This document shows, piece by piece, positions 11,002 to 24,499 of a stretch of 64,000 bases of DNA. Location of the stretch: assembly GCA_965649825.1 (NCBI GenBank), contig OZ287699.1, forward strand, positions 1,332,477 to 1,396,476. Reading direction: 5' to 3'. A program made the position numbers and the translations under genes. This DNA is from Penicillus capitatus (lineage: Eukaryota; Plantae; Chlorophyta). Each line of letters starts with the position of its first letter. The stretch's first letter is position 1. Under the pieces are notes generated by a model, which was given only the letters and a program-made list of their open reading frames with translations, was not told the DNA's origin and did no database searches.

Positions 11002-13423
11002 TCACTTCTTCTCTCGTAACTGAGAGATGTGATCCTACAGATAGGCAGTGAGTAGATTAGCTGGACGATTGTGTGCGGAAACAATCGTACCCCCACAAAG
11101 CTGAATGCCGATTTGGAACCGCCTGTTGAATTGCGCCTCTCGATGTGCGCAGGCCCCAAGAAAGCGGCCAGCGGCACTTCACCACGATTCACTCCATCTT
11201 GGCCTACCGACACATTGTCGCATCAGACCCCCAATCTTCTCTGGGTGAGAGAGACCTCGTTGAGGGAACATTGGCGGTGGAAGCGTTGTCGACATAAAAT
11301 TTCCGTATGGTTGAGATAGAGGAATGGCTCCATAGCTCGGTTGATTCATCACGGGCTGCTGCTGTGTTGGATTGTTCATGAATGGCACTCCTCCTAGAAT
11401 CGCTCGAAGAGAATGTGTTTCTTGAACGCGCGATACCTGGCTGCGGATACTGCTGCATCATCGGCACCTGTCCCATATAGGCCATTTGTGGTGCACCATA
11501 CGGTGGCATCATTGCTGCAGGTGCTGAAGGATAAGAAACAGGGTGATTCTGTGGCGGAACCATCACTCCTGCTTTCAAAGGAGTCGTTGCCTCCGCTTTC
11601 AACGGAGTTGCTGCTTCCGGGAAGGGATCAGATGCAGGAGAAGGTGCCAAGAGAGCTGCCAGATGGACATTACTGCTTTTGGCAGGGGTCGACGTTTCAG
11701 ACAACGCCAATCCCGAGAACATATCTGACACCTGCGATCCACCACCTGTCACATCGGCACTCCCGACAGCAGCCGGAAGGGGTGAAGGAGGAACATCGGA
11801 TATGACATCTAATCCTTGAAACATAGAGGATTCAGGGGCGCCTGGTGGCTGTCCACTGGTGCTGGTCACATCACCATCTGCAATGCTCTCTGTATCACAT
11901 ACTTAACGAGATCGTCCCTTACCCAATAGATCCAGCACATCTGGAGGGTTGTCATGAGATTCTTCCATGACGCCATCGATGAGGGGAGGTCCATCTTCGC
12001 TGGGAACGGGATCTCTTGCATCATCATCGTCATGATGACCATCCACTTCGATGAAGATATTGAGAATTCGCTGCGCACGGTCTTGTACCGTCCGCTGCGG
12101 GTATTTCAGACAGTTGCGAATGATTTGCAGGTCGCTCTGTCAAGAACCTGGATTTCTGGTAGGGGTTGAAGAGATGATGATGCTATACCTGAAAATGTAC
12201 GCCGATCTCTCCACAACTGACACTACTGCCTTGAAGAATGACCATTTCAATGGCGCACAGTGCACGGAAGCACTCCTGCCAGTTAGGACTTTCGAGTTTC
12301 TTTTGCAGCTTGACAGCGATTTTTGGACCGCTCAGACTGCCAGCCGTATCGATGAACCGACGCAGATCCTCCGTGGAAGGGGCCGGACGAACACCCCCTT
12401 TAACAACACCCGATGCCACTTGAAGAGGTTGCTACACCTGACGCATGGTTTACCTGGTTGACAAATGCCGTCGACAAGCTGATCTTCATCACCCAGGACA
12501 CTGCCATATCCTCCAGTACTCTGTACGGGATTCTGCCCATTTTCCACATCCACCTGCATCTCCCTCTTTCATCAGATGCTGCTTGTGTGCAGAGAAGACT
12601 TTGGGTTGATCGCTCAGGAAGCTCGTGGTTTGTCGATCCTGTACAAAGTTTGTAGATGGCTGGACATATCCACCACGTACAGAGGATGTCTGGCTCTTCT
12701 CTCTCAGTGAAGCCTGATACTGTTCGTTTCCGAATCCGACCATCTTTGAACTCAGGTGTATCGGTTCTCCCATTGGCGGCGGAGCCGTCTGGCTTCCAAA
12801 TCCCTGAATTCGACTCTGACAGGTCACTCTTTCTCACTCTTTAGATCTCGTGCCAAAAAGGGAGACCTGTGCTGACGAGGACTGTGATGACGGTGCGTCT
12901 GCATTGAAGATTGCCGCCACCGTTTCCTTCGCCAATGTCCGGACGCGCTCATTCAGAGCATCGCCTTTCAGAGAATCGGTCACTCCTCTGTAAGTCTGCA
13001 TCTGCCTATGCATCACTCCAACTTCATCTCCCAGACTCCTGTCTTGTCAACCCAACCGAATAGGCGCTGCTGTGCGCTGCATAATACGCACGGCATCACG
13101 TGCACCTTTCTCTGCCAGGTACTTGCAAGCTCTCAGTGACTAAGATGTGAGGCTCTTCTCGAGACTGACCAAACACGAAGGTCATTTCACCTTCGCCTTC
13201 ACGACGGGACTTTTCGATTCGAGCTTTTTCACCAAGTGCTCCACGACATGCTGCGCGTCTTCTGGTGATGTCTTTGTTATGCTCACAAGTTCATCTAGGA
13301 GGTAGACTAAAGGGCTGTTTTAGAGGAAGCAATGCAGTAGCTGTGACAGAAACCGGGTGTTGGTTCATCTTTGGCTGCCGTCACTTCTTCGACCTTGCGA
13401 TAGCGCAGAAGGCCCGTTAGCAT
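11002..13423 (-). CDS. MTV1: Tepsin/MTV1-like ENTH-VHS protein (AP-4 accessory)
   Basis: ENTH: VYLLDEL...KLESKSPVVKAK|SLRACKYL...DSLKGDALNERVR; VHS-like KLQKKLESPNWQECFRAL; C-terminal AFSFVG|DHI motif. Confidence 0.85.
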
Positions 13424-14272
13424 GGCGTGCGAGTTCACAACGGAGTTCTAATCCAAGTACGTTGTCGATGACGATAATGAGGTGGATTTCATCTCGTGCA
13501 ACCCGTCACGTCATTCGCTCTATTCGACAAAGGCCGTTTCGTTGACCGTTCATTCTGAAGGGGGTCACTGTCTTGTCAGTGACTGGGCATTTCTCTCAGG
13601 CGAAGACGGTTGCGCATTCTAGACGCTGCTACGTTCTCTAGAAGATCCTACCGCGGGGGCGGGTCGACGCGGTCCACCACAAGACAGAGATAACAGGACT
13701 GGTCAAAAATTTGAGGACAAGAAGGACACCGTAACCTCTGCGATCGTAGGAGATTTTCATGAAGGACGCGAAAGAGCATTTGTGAAAAGGTAGACGGTCT
13801 GCATCTGAAAGTAATACATTGGGCAGACAAGTGTTTCAACACAAACCACGATTGCTAGATGTTCCACTCTATTCCTCGGTTTAACAACTTTCACGGCGTT
13901 ATCTTGGATTATGTGTGATGCGTGAATGGACATCCATCGCCTCGATAGTGACGTATCGTGCACGAGTGTTGGATGAAGAAATTACTCGATCGACTGGACA
14001 GCAATGTCCTGAACACTAGCAAGACTCGAGAGTCACTTACGGTGGAGATAGACTACACGTAGATGAAATGGCTAGCAACAGACTATTCTTACGTGCCAAG
14101 CAATCAAGTCAGCTAACATTGGTTATTCCTCAAAAGGGTGAAGATCCGATAACCCCTAAGGAAACAATATGATAAGAGGTTGACTGTATCTTTCAAACAG
14201 ATCAAGCTGATGGCGTTGTTCAGAAGAAGCTGGACGTTGACGAGACACGAACCGGTATCGTCCCTGCTCAGA

Positions 14273-16002
14273 TTAAACTGCTGTGTTTGGAGCATAGTTC
14301 TCCGAGCGCTTTGGACTGGTACCCGATGCAAGTTCGACGAATTCAATTGTCTCGCGGTGTTTCTTATGACGAACGTACAGCACAGCCATACCGATGAGGA
14401 CTCCCGCCGTCACTGTAAACAGTGTGATGCCTAGACTCCAGCCTCTAAAGCGCACACTCCTTATGACAAGATGTGATGTGTTGTGTGATCGTGACTTGGT
14501 ATTCCTCGAACCGCCATCCTTTGAGTTCTCTTTGGAGCACGAGGTCTTAAGGTATTCCATTGCCGTTGTCGGGCAATCTGTAAAGAAGCCATTCACAGCA
14601 ATTCCGTTCTCTGCATTCAGGTAGAAGTCCATTTCGGCCAATGGATCCGCTTGGAAGTCGATTGCCATGAACAACTCCTGCACACATGTGTTGCACAGCA
14701 ACGCAGGGCGTCTGTTGCCGAATGTGCACTTCGTTTCGGAAAGTGTAGGCGTGCAGTTCAAGGTCTGCATCCCTGGCCAATGCGATGAGAGGCGAGAGGA
14801 GTGCCGATCCATTCTCATGCTTCTTCAGACGCCCCGTGCATGTCCGATTGAGATCGGAATCAAACTCGAAACAGTGTTCTGTCTCCGGTCTGTTGCATTC
14901 CTTCACTCCACAGTCCATTTCTACCAACATCCTTTTATCCGGTCTATACAAAGATACAGCTGATAGAGGTATGGCTGCAAGTTTAGTTGCTACCCAAGAG
15001 TCGTTCCAAATTCTGCAAATCTCATGATCTTGCGTCGTGAAGGGTGAGAATCACTGCCTTCCAATAACCACGTCATAGGGACAGATGCATCTTCATGCAC
15101 CAACAGCTCATGCAACAGCTCGAGCGATTCCAGCGAGAACGATTGAAGATACACAGCGCCAGGGTCGTATAAAAGATCGCTCTGTTTTAATGACTCCACC
15201 AGAAGCGATTCCAGTGGCCTGGATACAGAAGGCAACAAACACTCTCCTTTACTGGCGAAAGGAGATCATGGGATGGCTCTGCCTCTCGTGTTCGTTGTGA
15301 AATGCCGGTGCTTTGGTTTCGATATAGACACCGACCTCATGTCCTCCGTCGCGTGCGTTCTTTACCAACTGCAACACTTCAGACAGCGTCGGTATCTAAC
15401 ACAACTGCCTCCATCTCGCATCCTGCCTTCGCATCTCCTCACTTCGAATCGATCATCGAATTCGTGATCTCGAAAAGCGAATGCCTGTCGTGCCTTCATT
15501 CTCTTGATCTCTTCGAACGTAAAGTCCACCACAAAGAACCCAGATACCTCCACGTTTTCTGCATCGGCGATTTTTCTATGTGCATGCATACAGGATGTGT
15601 TTAGAGAGATGACGATTTTTGCTTGGTCGTATTGCGATTCTTAAATGCTTCGATATCGACTACGTTGCTGGTACGATGCAAATTCAAATCGTGATGGGCA
15701 ATCAGAACGTGGTCTTTGGTCGATACAACGTCCAGTTCGATGAAATCCGCGCCTGCATCCATCGCATACTGCCACACACTCATACATGCAATCTCTTTGC
15801 CATAGCACCAAACCCGATATCCTTCAAGAGTCTCTTCCGGGTAACGACATGGACTGCCTCTATAGACAAACGCGACAAACGCGACGTCGTTACGGATACC
15901 TTACCGGTGCGCGATGACGGTAGGTCGACGTGCGGACGCGCACAAGATCGATGGAACCACCACGAGACATAACAGGGTCGTCCTATACGCGGAGCTCATC
16001 AT
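14273..16002 (-). CDS. Glycerophosphodiester phosphodiesterase with signal peptide and C-terminal TM helix
   Basis: PTVIAHR|GSPCRYPEETL, GADFIELDVVSTKDHVLIAHHD, LQSFS, VNGFFTDCP, then a hydrophobic TM segment. Confidence 0.9.
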
Positions 16003-16505
16003 CTGCTAATCGCGTACGGCGTCAGCGCTGTCTTGTCGTCTCGTTTGAGATCAGAGAAATTTGTTTTGCCTTTTATACAGCCATTTCTTTTGCAGACAAC
16101 TTCTGCCTTGTGTATTGGTATACTACTCTATTACTATTCTTTGTTCTCCTGTCGACGTCAAGCACCTTCGTTGTGGAGACAATTTGGCCGACATAGCGTC
16201 GAAACACGGTAAATTCCACATACGCGGTCGAACATGCATCCGCCTACCAATGCGGATTTGTTAACAATGATTCTTACTATGCGGCTCGTCGAGTGCTCGC
16301 CAGTCAGGGTCTCTCGGCGTTGTTCGTTTGTGCGTTTTGATGTGACAGCAGTTTAGCCTTGGTATCCTGCGTTTGCGGCGCAACGCTCACATATTTTCGT
16401 GAATTCTTCCTTCCCTGTTCTCGAGGCCGGTCGACCGACCAAACAGAGGGCCCTCTCGTGTCGCGTCATCTACAGAACCCCTTTCTGACATTGTGTGTTT
16501 CTTCG

Positions 16506-18074
16506 ATGCCTCCAAAGCGCGTGTCAGCCATCATGGAGCCAAACAACGTCGTCGACATTGGCTCCCCCGAATTCCAGACAGACGAATTCCGTATGTACAG
16601 TCTTAAGGTAGCGAGCGCATTGTGGTAACGAGGACCGAACGCGAAGATTTGCTTCGAGGTGATTGAATGCTCACGTCGGTACGCGCATAATTGGACACAA
16701 TGTCCTTTTGCACATCCCAACGAAAAGGCGAGACGGAGGGATCCCAGAAAATACGCGTACACAGGAGTGGCTTGCCCATTTGTCAAACAGGCACGTTTGT
16801 TCGATTAATATATGAAGGAGCATAACGTGACCGATCTGTCTGCAGAACAATCGCTGTCCTTACGGAGACCATTGCCCTTATGCACACAATCCGTTTGAAT
16901 ACTGGCTGCACCCATCAAGGCATCATTTGAATGCAGTAAAGGCGAAGGAAGAATACTGTGCTGCTGTAGGTACAGGACCCAGTTGTGCAATATAGCAGCG
17001 TCCTGTCACAGAACTGTTTGTTTTTTTGCACATACGATCGATGAACTCCGTGTCCCCGGTGCTGTCGGGCCTCCTGCCAACACGTTTTCGAACAATCCGT
17101 TGCAGACACATCCATCGCCGAACTGGAATCCTTTTGCTTCAAATTTTGTGGGACCCTCTGCGCTGTCGAACGTTGATCTCACCGCTGCCGCATCTCTTGA
17201 GCCGAGAGCAAGACACATCTTAAATCAGTTGACGGCTTCCCGTCAGATCACTGCCGAACTCCGCGCGACAGATTCACCGATGAATGACTTGAGTGAAATT
17301 CAAACCCTTATCTCACTGTTGCAGCAGCAACAGATATCGGCTGGTGTGTCTGATCGGAATCCAGACGTGCAAATGAATTTCCTCAACGCTATGTTCCACT
17401 CTCTGGCACACGTTATCGCCTCATCTGTGATGCTAAGCTCGGAAAAAGAGCGTTTGATGAAACTCATTCATTGGATGTACGTGCAACTGGTCCAAAACAA
17501 GCAATCCCTGTTCAGCAGTGTGGATTCCCTGAGCCTATTCATCCCTCAACAGAGGGAAGCACCGCAGATTCCACCCCTGCACCAACTGGGGGAAGGCATT
17601 CCATCCAGACACAGTCTTTCAAGCATTCCAGAGATGATGCAAGCCGAACAACGGCTCATGTCTCTACCCGCAGATCGATTCTCTTTTGCATCGCACTCTT
17701 CTGCTCCCAGTCTGGAACCACTTAATATACTGTCCGTTCCTGTCTCGAGGACCACCCCTGGTCTCGAGCATGGCTCTCGGAGCCTTGGAAGTCTCGGAAG
17801 CTTTGGATCGGAGATCAGACAGAGCGATGACAGTTCTGGAACACGGCTATCGGTGACGCGGACTTCTCGATCGTTTGGTTTTCAGCGATCCTCTGCTGAT
17901 TCAGAACCCTGTCCTAGATCATCCCGAAATATCGTTAGTCAAGAGAGTTCTCGGATGTCGTGGGAAGACCCTAGCATGCCATCAGAGTTTATCTTTCACG
18001 ATTGGCTTTCGCATACTTCTGGTCAACCCCCAGTTCCACCACCCCTGCCGCCATCTTCTGGTTATCAGCCCTGA
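16506..18074 (+). CDS. RR-TZF tandem CCCH zinc-finger protein
   Basis: [44 protein letters not shown]. Confidence 0.9.
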
Positions 18075-18821
18075 GCATGATACGATTCTTTTTTCTATTC
18101 ATGTTCTCAGAAAGGAATACCCTGACTGCAGCCTTTTACTACGTTTTCGGCACTGAACCACGTTTTTATCGTGTTTATGGCATATATGATGCAAATGCTG
18201 ATGATGCATCTTTTATACGAAAACCTCGTATCCTGCTGTTGGTATCTGCTGTATCTCGGTCAACTCGTTAGGCAACAACCGTATTGACAACATGACATAA
18301 CAACCCCATTTTCCCTTTTGCGAAATCCTTATCGGTCGAGTATTCGTTTGCGTGCTGATGTATTTTTTTCTTGTTTGTTGGTCATTCTTCATTTGACGAT
18401 CTTCCTGCCACGAACCAGTTGTTCTTGCCATGGTTAAGATGATAAACTACCGAGATGCCTCCTCTGTCCTCGTCTGGGCGATTTGTCTCTTTTTATAAAT
18501 GTCTGTCAGTGTTATGCTTTGTGCTGTAGTTCACTGCAACGTTCTGTTCTGTTTTGTTGGATTCTCTCAATGTATGTTTGCGCTATTGCACCATTTTTTA
18601 TAGTCATTGCTCTATCTATTGTTGAGGTATGCGTGGTATTCGACAGTTTTGTGACAGCAATTTTGGAAATGGGTGATGCGTACGTACGTTCCTGTTGTTT
18701 GTTTGTGTCTGTTGACGAAGGTAACGAGATCAATGACGAAGATGCACAACGAATAATAATTTTGGGTCATCTGGGGGGATTGCGGGTCATATCCACCGTC
18801 TGAGATTTAAGACAAGGGGAA

Positions 18822-20464
18822 ATGCGCTTCCTGGCTATTCAGAAATGTCGCTCTGCTTCCGCCACGCGACTCTTTGCCGCAAATGATCCTTCACGCAGGA
18901 CGCCATCTTCACCATCTCCATTCGATCTCCTGCGTCTCCTTACGCAACGCGGTCCACAGCTACGCGACTTCGTCGATGAGGCCGCGACGGTGTTGCGGAG
19001 CAACGGTCTCAACGGTGTACGGCGTTCGATCCAGGCAGCTGTCGCGACGGGGACACTGGTTAGCGATACCGTGACCACTGGCGTCGTCGAATCGCCCCCA
19101 GTCCTCCTCAGAAAACTCTTCGAGCGTCTTGGAGCCACCTATATCAAACTCGGCCAATTCATCGCCTCATCGCCCACTCTCTTTCCAGACGCGTACGTCT
19201 TGGAATTTCAGAAATGCCTGGACAAGACAGATCCGGTGCCATTCGAAGTGATCCGGAAGCGCATCGGAGAGGAATTGGGATTTCCACCCGATCGCGCCTT
19301 CGCCTCGATCGATCCTGTTCCGTTGGCGTCGGCATCGATCGCTCAAGTGCACCGCGCTGTACTTAAGTCCAGTCAGAAAGACGTAGTCATCAAAGTGCTG
19401 AAACCCGGAGTGGAGGAAGTGCTGACGACAGATCTGAGCTTCTTGTACTTAGCCTCGAAGTTCTTGGAGCTTCTCAATCCAGAGTTGGCACGGATGTCAC
19501 TGTCGGACATCGTTTCCGATATTCGCAGGACGATCTCCGAAGAGGTGGATTTCCGTAAAGAGGCGCAACACATTGAGCATTTTCAGACCTACTTGCAATC
19601 CACAGGGCTCGTCTCTGTCGCCAAAGCACCCTTTGTCTATTCGCAGTTCTCAACAAAAAAGTGTGTTTGTTCACTCTTATGACGGCGGAATTGATGGCGA
19701 CGTGGGAGTACTTAAGGATTCTGACGATGGAGAGACTGAACGGTGCAGCTCTGGTCGACTTGGACGCGATCCGATCGATCACGACAGTACAGCCAGAGAA
19801 CGTACTGATCTCGGCACTCAATACCTGGTTTGGCAGTCTCGTTGGCGCCGAGACATTCCATGCAGATGTACATGCAGGTGCAGTCATGCCCTCTTTTGCC
19901 ACTGACCCGCCAAACGATCATCTCTTAGGAAATTTGCTCGTTCTGCCGGATGGCAAGGTCGGATTCATCGATTTCGGAATCGTGGGCAGGATCTCTGCCT
20001 CGACCTGGAAAGCTATGGAAGCATTTCTCGTGTCCATTGGCAACGAAGACTTTGCCACAATGGCCAAGGCACTAGCAACCATGGGCGCCACCGCAGAAAA
20101 TGTCGACATCGTGGGACTCGAAGCCGATTTGCGCGAGCTCTTCAAAGGTTTCAGTCAATTGGATTCAAATGTGGTTCTCTCTGCCGATCCAGAACGTCTG
20201 CCCCTCTCTCTCCACGTTCTCCTGATCTGTATCCCTTCTGCAGAGGTACGAGTGCGGGCTGAGATGTTGGTGAATGATGATGAGATGAATGCATTGCTGC
20301 TGAAGATTGTCCGTGCCGGCGAAACGCATGGATTGCGCTTTCCGCGAGAATTTGGTCTCTTCTTAAAGCAGATCCTGTATTTTGATCGCTACGTCAAGAT
20401 CTTGGCACCAACCTTGCAGATCATGAACGATCGTCGCATTCGTTTGGGCGGATCCGATCTCTAA
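18822..20464 (+). CDS. ABC1K9: ABC1/UbiB atypical kinase, ABC1K9 (At5g05200)-like, probably plastidial
   Basis: ERLGATYIKLGQFIAS, ASASIAQVH, VVIKVLKPG, FHADVHAG|NL, GFIDFGIVGRIS, FPREFGLFLKQILYFDRY. Confidence 0.9.
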
Positions 20465-20578
20465 TGGTCATCGTTCATTGTACGAACACTTTTTCCAATC
20501 ACCTTTACGTCATCTCTCCTGTCACATCGCTTCCGCGGGCGTTTATAAAATAGAGAATCGATTTGGAGGAAGAGCAAG

Positions 20579-21653
20579 ATGATGATTTCGTCGGGGAGTG
20601 TGTCGTCGGATGCTCCCTCAGAGCCAACGTCGTGGCTCGACCGTGTCTTTCTGTATCTCGCCGTTAAGAATTGGCTGCGATTGTGTGCCCTTATCCTTCT
20701 GTTGGTCTCTATCATCATTGCCTTTGTCGTTTTCGATGCCGAACAGAAACTGGAAGACATCCTTGAATGGATAGACGATCATGAAGCACCAGGGTTCTTC
20801 ATTTTTGTCATGGTCTACTGTCTGGCAACAGGTCAGATATGCTCCATTTCCCCGCCGCCTCTCGTGGGACATCTTCATGACATGACAGTGCTCTTCATTC
20901 CTGGATCCCTTCTTTCCCTCGGAGCTGGTTTCGTATTCGGTATCTGGCTCGGCGCCCTCGCTGTCTGGTGTGGTGCCGTCATGGGTCAGTCCTCTGCATT
21001 TCGGCAGGGAATGAATTCTGTGGTCATTTGGGTGGAATCTAGGTCAGACGATCGCTTTCCTTGGCGGTCGGTATCTATTCCGCGAGTGGATTGCCTCGTA
21101 TGCTCAGCGATTCCGGTTGTGGAGGGGATTGGAGATCGCCAGTGAAGAGGAGGGATGGAAGATTGTGAGTCTACTCAGATTAGCACCTATCGTTCCGTAC
21201 AGTGCCCTCAACTACACCCTCGGTCTCACCGCTGTGAGCGTAAGCTTCCTTCCTTTTACACAAAAATGCATCTCGCATCGCTGATCCTTCAGTTTGTGGA
21301 GTACACGGCAGCCTCAGCAGTGTTTATCATTCCGGGAATATTTTTCTTCGTCTACCTGGGTGACTTGGCAGATGACATTCGGGAGCTGTCCTCTGGAGAT
21401 TCGCCGCTCGACGCGACCGTCACCATCATCATTGCCGTCATTTCAGGCGCGTTGGACACCGTTGATGATATGGATGATGATTCTCGATGCAGGTGTGGTT
21501 ATTGTGTTGGTGGTCGTGTTAACAAGCCGCTACGCAAGAAGAGCCATCAACAAGAGACTCATGATGGACGAAGACGGCAACATGCCATCGCAGGAGCGAT
21601 TGGAAGCGGCAGGCGATGAACCCGACGATGCATCTGAAGCATCTCCTGTGTGA
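20579..21653 (+). CDS. TVP38/TMEM64 (DedA/SNARE-associated) membrane protein
   Basis: Hydrophobic exons, LFIPGSLLSLGAGFVFG, IIPGIFFFVYLG. Confidence 0.8.
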
Positions 21654-22239
21654 CACACGCGTCGCATTTTCGCACGCGTGACAGCGAAGGAGACTTCGGA
21701 GTCGGTTGCATTTAAGAAATCCAGGAGCATCAGTTATCGATAGGGTCGTCGAGGATTGCGAACAGGGACATATCGTTTGACGGTTTGCTGGACTGAATGT
21801 CTTGAACTGTGCCAATGTCTTACTGTATCACCTCATCCTCTTGGTATTGCTCTATTGTGTGATCGCACTGTATCGACAATTTCAAATCTTCAACGCCCAA
21901 CGAGAGCTTCCCCTTTGCTGCTCTCTCGTTGGTTTTGAGCCAATCGTCTTGCTGAATGACTGTACAGGCTTTGTCTCCTGTCAAAGAGACGGCCTTAACG
22001 TCTGGAGTGACATTATTCGACAGAACGTGCCTAGCTTAGCTTCTCGGGCAAGAATCTTGTCAGGAAGATCTTCCGCGATGATGGATGCGTTGGTGGATGC
22101 GTTGCTGTGACATGAACTGCACAATGCCTCGGGATCGAGAAGCGGCCATCTCTTTGTCGACGCCGGTGACGAATTCAATCTCGTTTCGGCGTCCATCTGA
22201 CATGTCCCAGATAACGCCCAGCGCCTACACACGCCCATG

Positions 22240-24499
22240 TCATCGGCGAGAACATACGCACGTAAACTCGGCCGGAGAATGGAACCGTGTAAGATACACA
22301 GAAGGATCCGAGGGATGCAGATGAGCCGCAATTGCGTCTCTGTTTTCCATCGCCATCCTGTTTTCTGGATCATACCTGCGCCTTACGCCTGTTGAGAACA
22401 GGAGAATGCATTGTCGAGCATACCGGAGAGCGTTAAGGAAGTCGACCAAAGCCTCTTCGTATTGTTGCAGGCGTACATGTGCCGCTCCAGAACGACAACA
22501 GAGTTTGGCTTTAAGACGTGCGTCTTGTTTCCCTCTATGACAAAGGAATGCGTAGAGTAATGCCAAACGACTCTCACTTCATGTTCTCTTCCATCGCTGA
22601 CAGTACCCAACGACAATCTTCAATACAACATCTCCACTGCGCGAGCGCAAAGTAACAAGCGCTGCGGTTCATACGAAGCGAATAGTCCTCTCCGTTCAGT
22701 TCCAACGCTCGTTGGTAAGCGTTGAGCGCACTCCTGTGGCACGTCGCTGCATACGCTGTCTGCATTGAGCGACCATGTCGGACTTGTAGTCATGACGCGC
22801 GTAAAATGCTGCGGCCTTTTGTTTGAGGAAGATGGGGTGGCGTTCTTCGGTCGTCTGTGTACCATCTTCGGTAATGGCACGGTGATGCTGGCCTTTCAGC
22901 TGCCGTATCTCTTTTTCGCGCTGTTCACGCGCCGGCAGAAACGATGTCTCCAATTCCGTCAGATAGACGTTCACTGTCCCCGCTTTTCGGCGCGGTTTTG
23001 CGGCGCCTAGAGGGACCTTCGCGCTCTAACGGACAAATATCTCGCCATTTCAGAATTCTGCGTAAATTTGCTTGCACCTCCCCGCGTTCATCCTTGCACT
23101 CGGATGACAAATCATCGCGCCAATGACTGTCGTTTGCGCGCGATCTTTCTGCGGCAGATGGTTGGCCGTCACCCTGTTCATCTGCACCGTCATCTGGGTA
23201 TCCATGCCGCTCTTCAGCTAGACAGCACCAAACACCATTGTCAACTGCCATTCCCCCCTTTCGGCGCGATAAAGCGATCAACTGTCGAATATAGAGAAAC
23301 GTGACGCGGCAGACACCTACCATGAGCTTCAGACGACGGATTAACCGTCTCGTGGTTTCGATCGATTGTATCTCTCCATTTCTGCAGATGATCGCATTCG
23401 CGTCTACGCTCTTCGCTTTTTGCATGGCGAATCACGATTCTCTCGCTTTCTTGACGATGCCTTCGTCCATCGGCGATCGACCTGACGCACAAATGCACGA
23501 GAGAAGACAACAAGCGCCATGACTTTTCGATCAAATGACAGGCAGATGCTCTGTCTTTGGCTATTTGTTGCTCTCTAATATGAGACGCTTCAATAGATGC
23601 ATGTCGTCTTTTGAGGATGTCTTGTTTGTTTCCAGTGGCTCTGAGTCTTCCCCACAGGCGTGGATGCCTCTGCCAAACCACAAAGATTTTGGATCCGACG
23701 AAATGGATGTGCGTCATCATCATCGCCGTGATTTTTTCGACGCATGTTCTGCATGTTTGGCATTCGAGGTTTTGTTCACAATCGGTTTTGCTGAATATTT
23801 AACCACAAACGGGAACTGAAACGTCAAGTATCGGTCAGGTCACACAACGGGGTATGGCCAACTTAGTCCTTGCGTGTAAATATCTGCTCACGGCTTGACG
23901 CATCTTGACGGTGTATAGCGACGATGCATGCTTTATTTTTGCAGTACGTTTCCTGCACTGTGTTCGTTTGTTAGCGATCTTTACTGCGAACGTGACAAGG
24001 ATGTGTCTCTATAAACGCTTAACTCTGTCGCCTACGACGCCAACGCTGACGGCAAGAGACGCGGGGGATGGATGGTACAGCCAGCCGTCTCTACACCCGT
24101 ACGCGTCAGCGCTCTCACAAACGCGGCGGCTCGAGGACACCGGCACGGCGTATTGTTTCATGCATTTGTCGTTGTTTTTTTCACCTGGCGCTTGTCGGCG
24201 TCTTCGGCAAATGTCGCGCAAAGCATTTTATGTTAAATTCTTAGCTGATGCCGGTTAGAGGTCGTTTGTCGCACCTTCCGAAGATGTATCTTGACGCCAC
24301 CGTACGCCGTTTCCGTTTTTGCGCTCGCTGCGTCGACGTCTTCATAAAAGTCAACCACCAAGAGGAACGGTGGCACGTTGATCTTAAGCATCGCGTCAGT
24401 GACGCCAACATCTTTTCCTTGCACTGGTCTTCTCAGAGTGACACATACGTTTAGCGTTGTTTCCGTCTCCGTCCACTCGACTTTTGGACAGACTGGCAT
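22240..24499 (-). CDS. DNAAF4: Dynein axonemal assembly factor 4 (DYX1C1/PF23)
   Basis: N-terminal CS/p23 domain (MPVCPKVEWTET...KINVPPFLLVVDF), RHPRLWGRLRATG, C-terminal TPRs (NRSACYFAL, RSGAAHVRLQQYEEAL); 605-nt first intron; 3' end approximate. Confidence 0.85.
24036..24181 (+). ncRNA. Candidate structured small RNA (Pol III-like) nested antisense in DNAAF4 intron 1
   Basis: TATAAA 24010-24015; perfect stems 24044-24051/24104-24111 and 24055-24061/24086-24092; T7 run 24175-24181; family not recognised. Confidence 0.3.

Noticed and set aside
15840-15930. GDPD apparently lacking its catalytic His (reads YRG)
   Set aside because: Artefact of a 45-nt intron; splicing restores IAHR|G
23670-24274. 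TPP riboswitch, snRNA, 5S or tRNA in the long intron; 117-aa ORF 23905-24258
   Set aside because: None of the diagnostic motifs are present, and the ORF has no protein-like features. I noticed no tRNA or rRNA genes anywhere in the window by eye.
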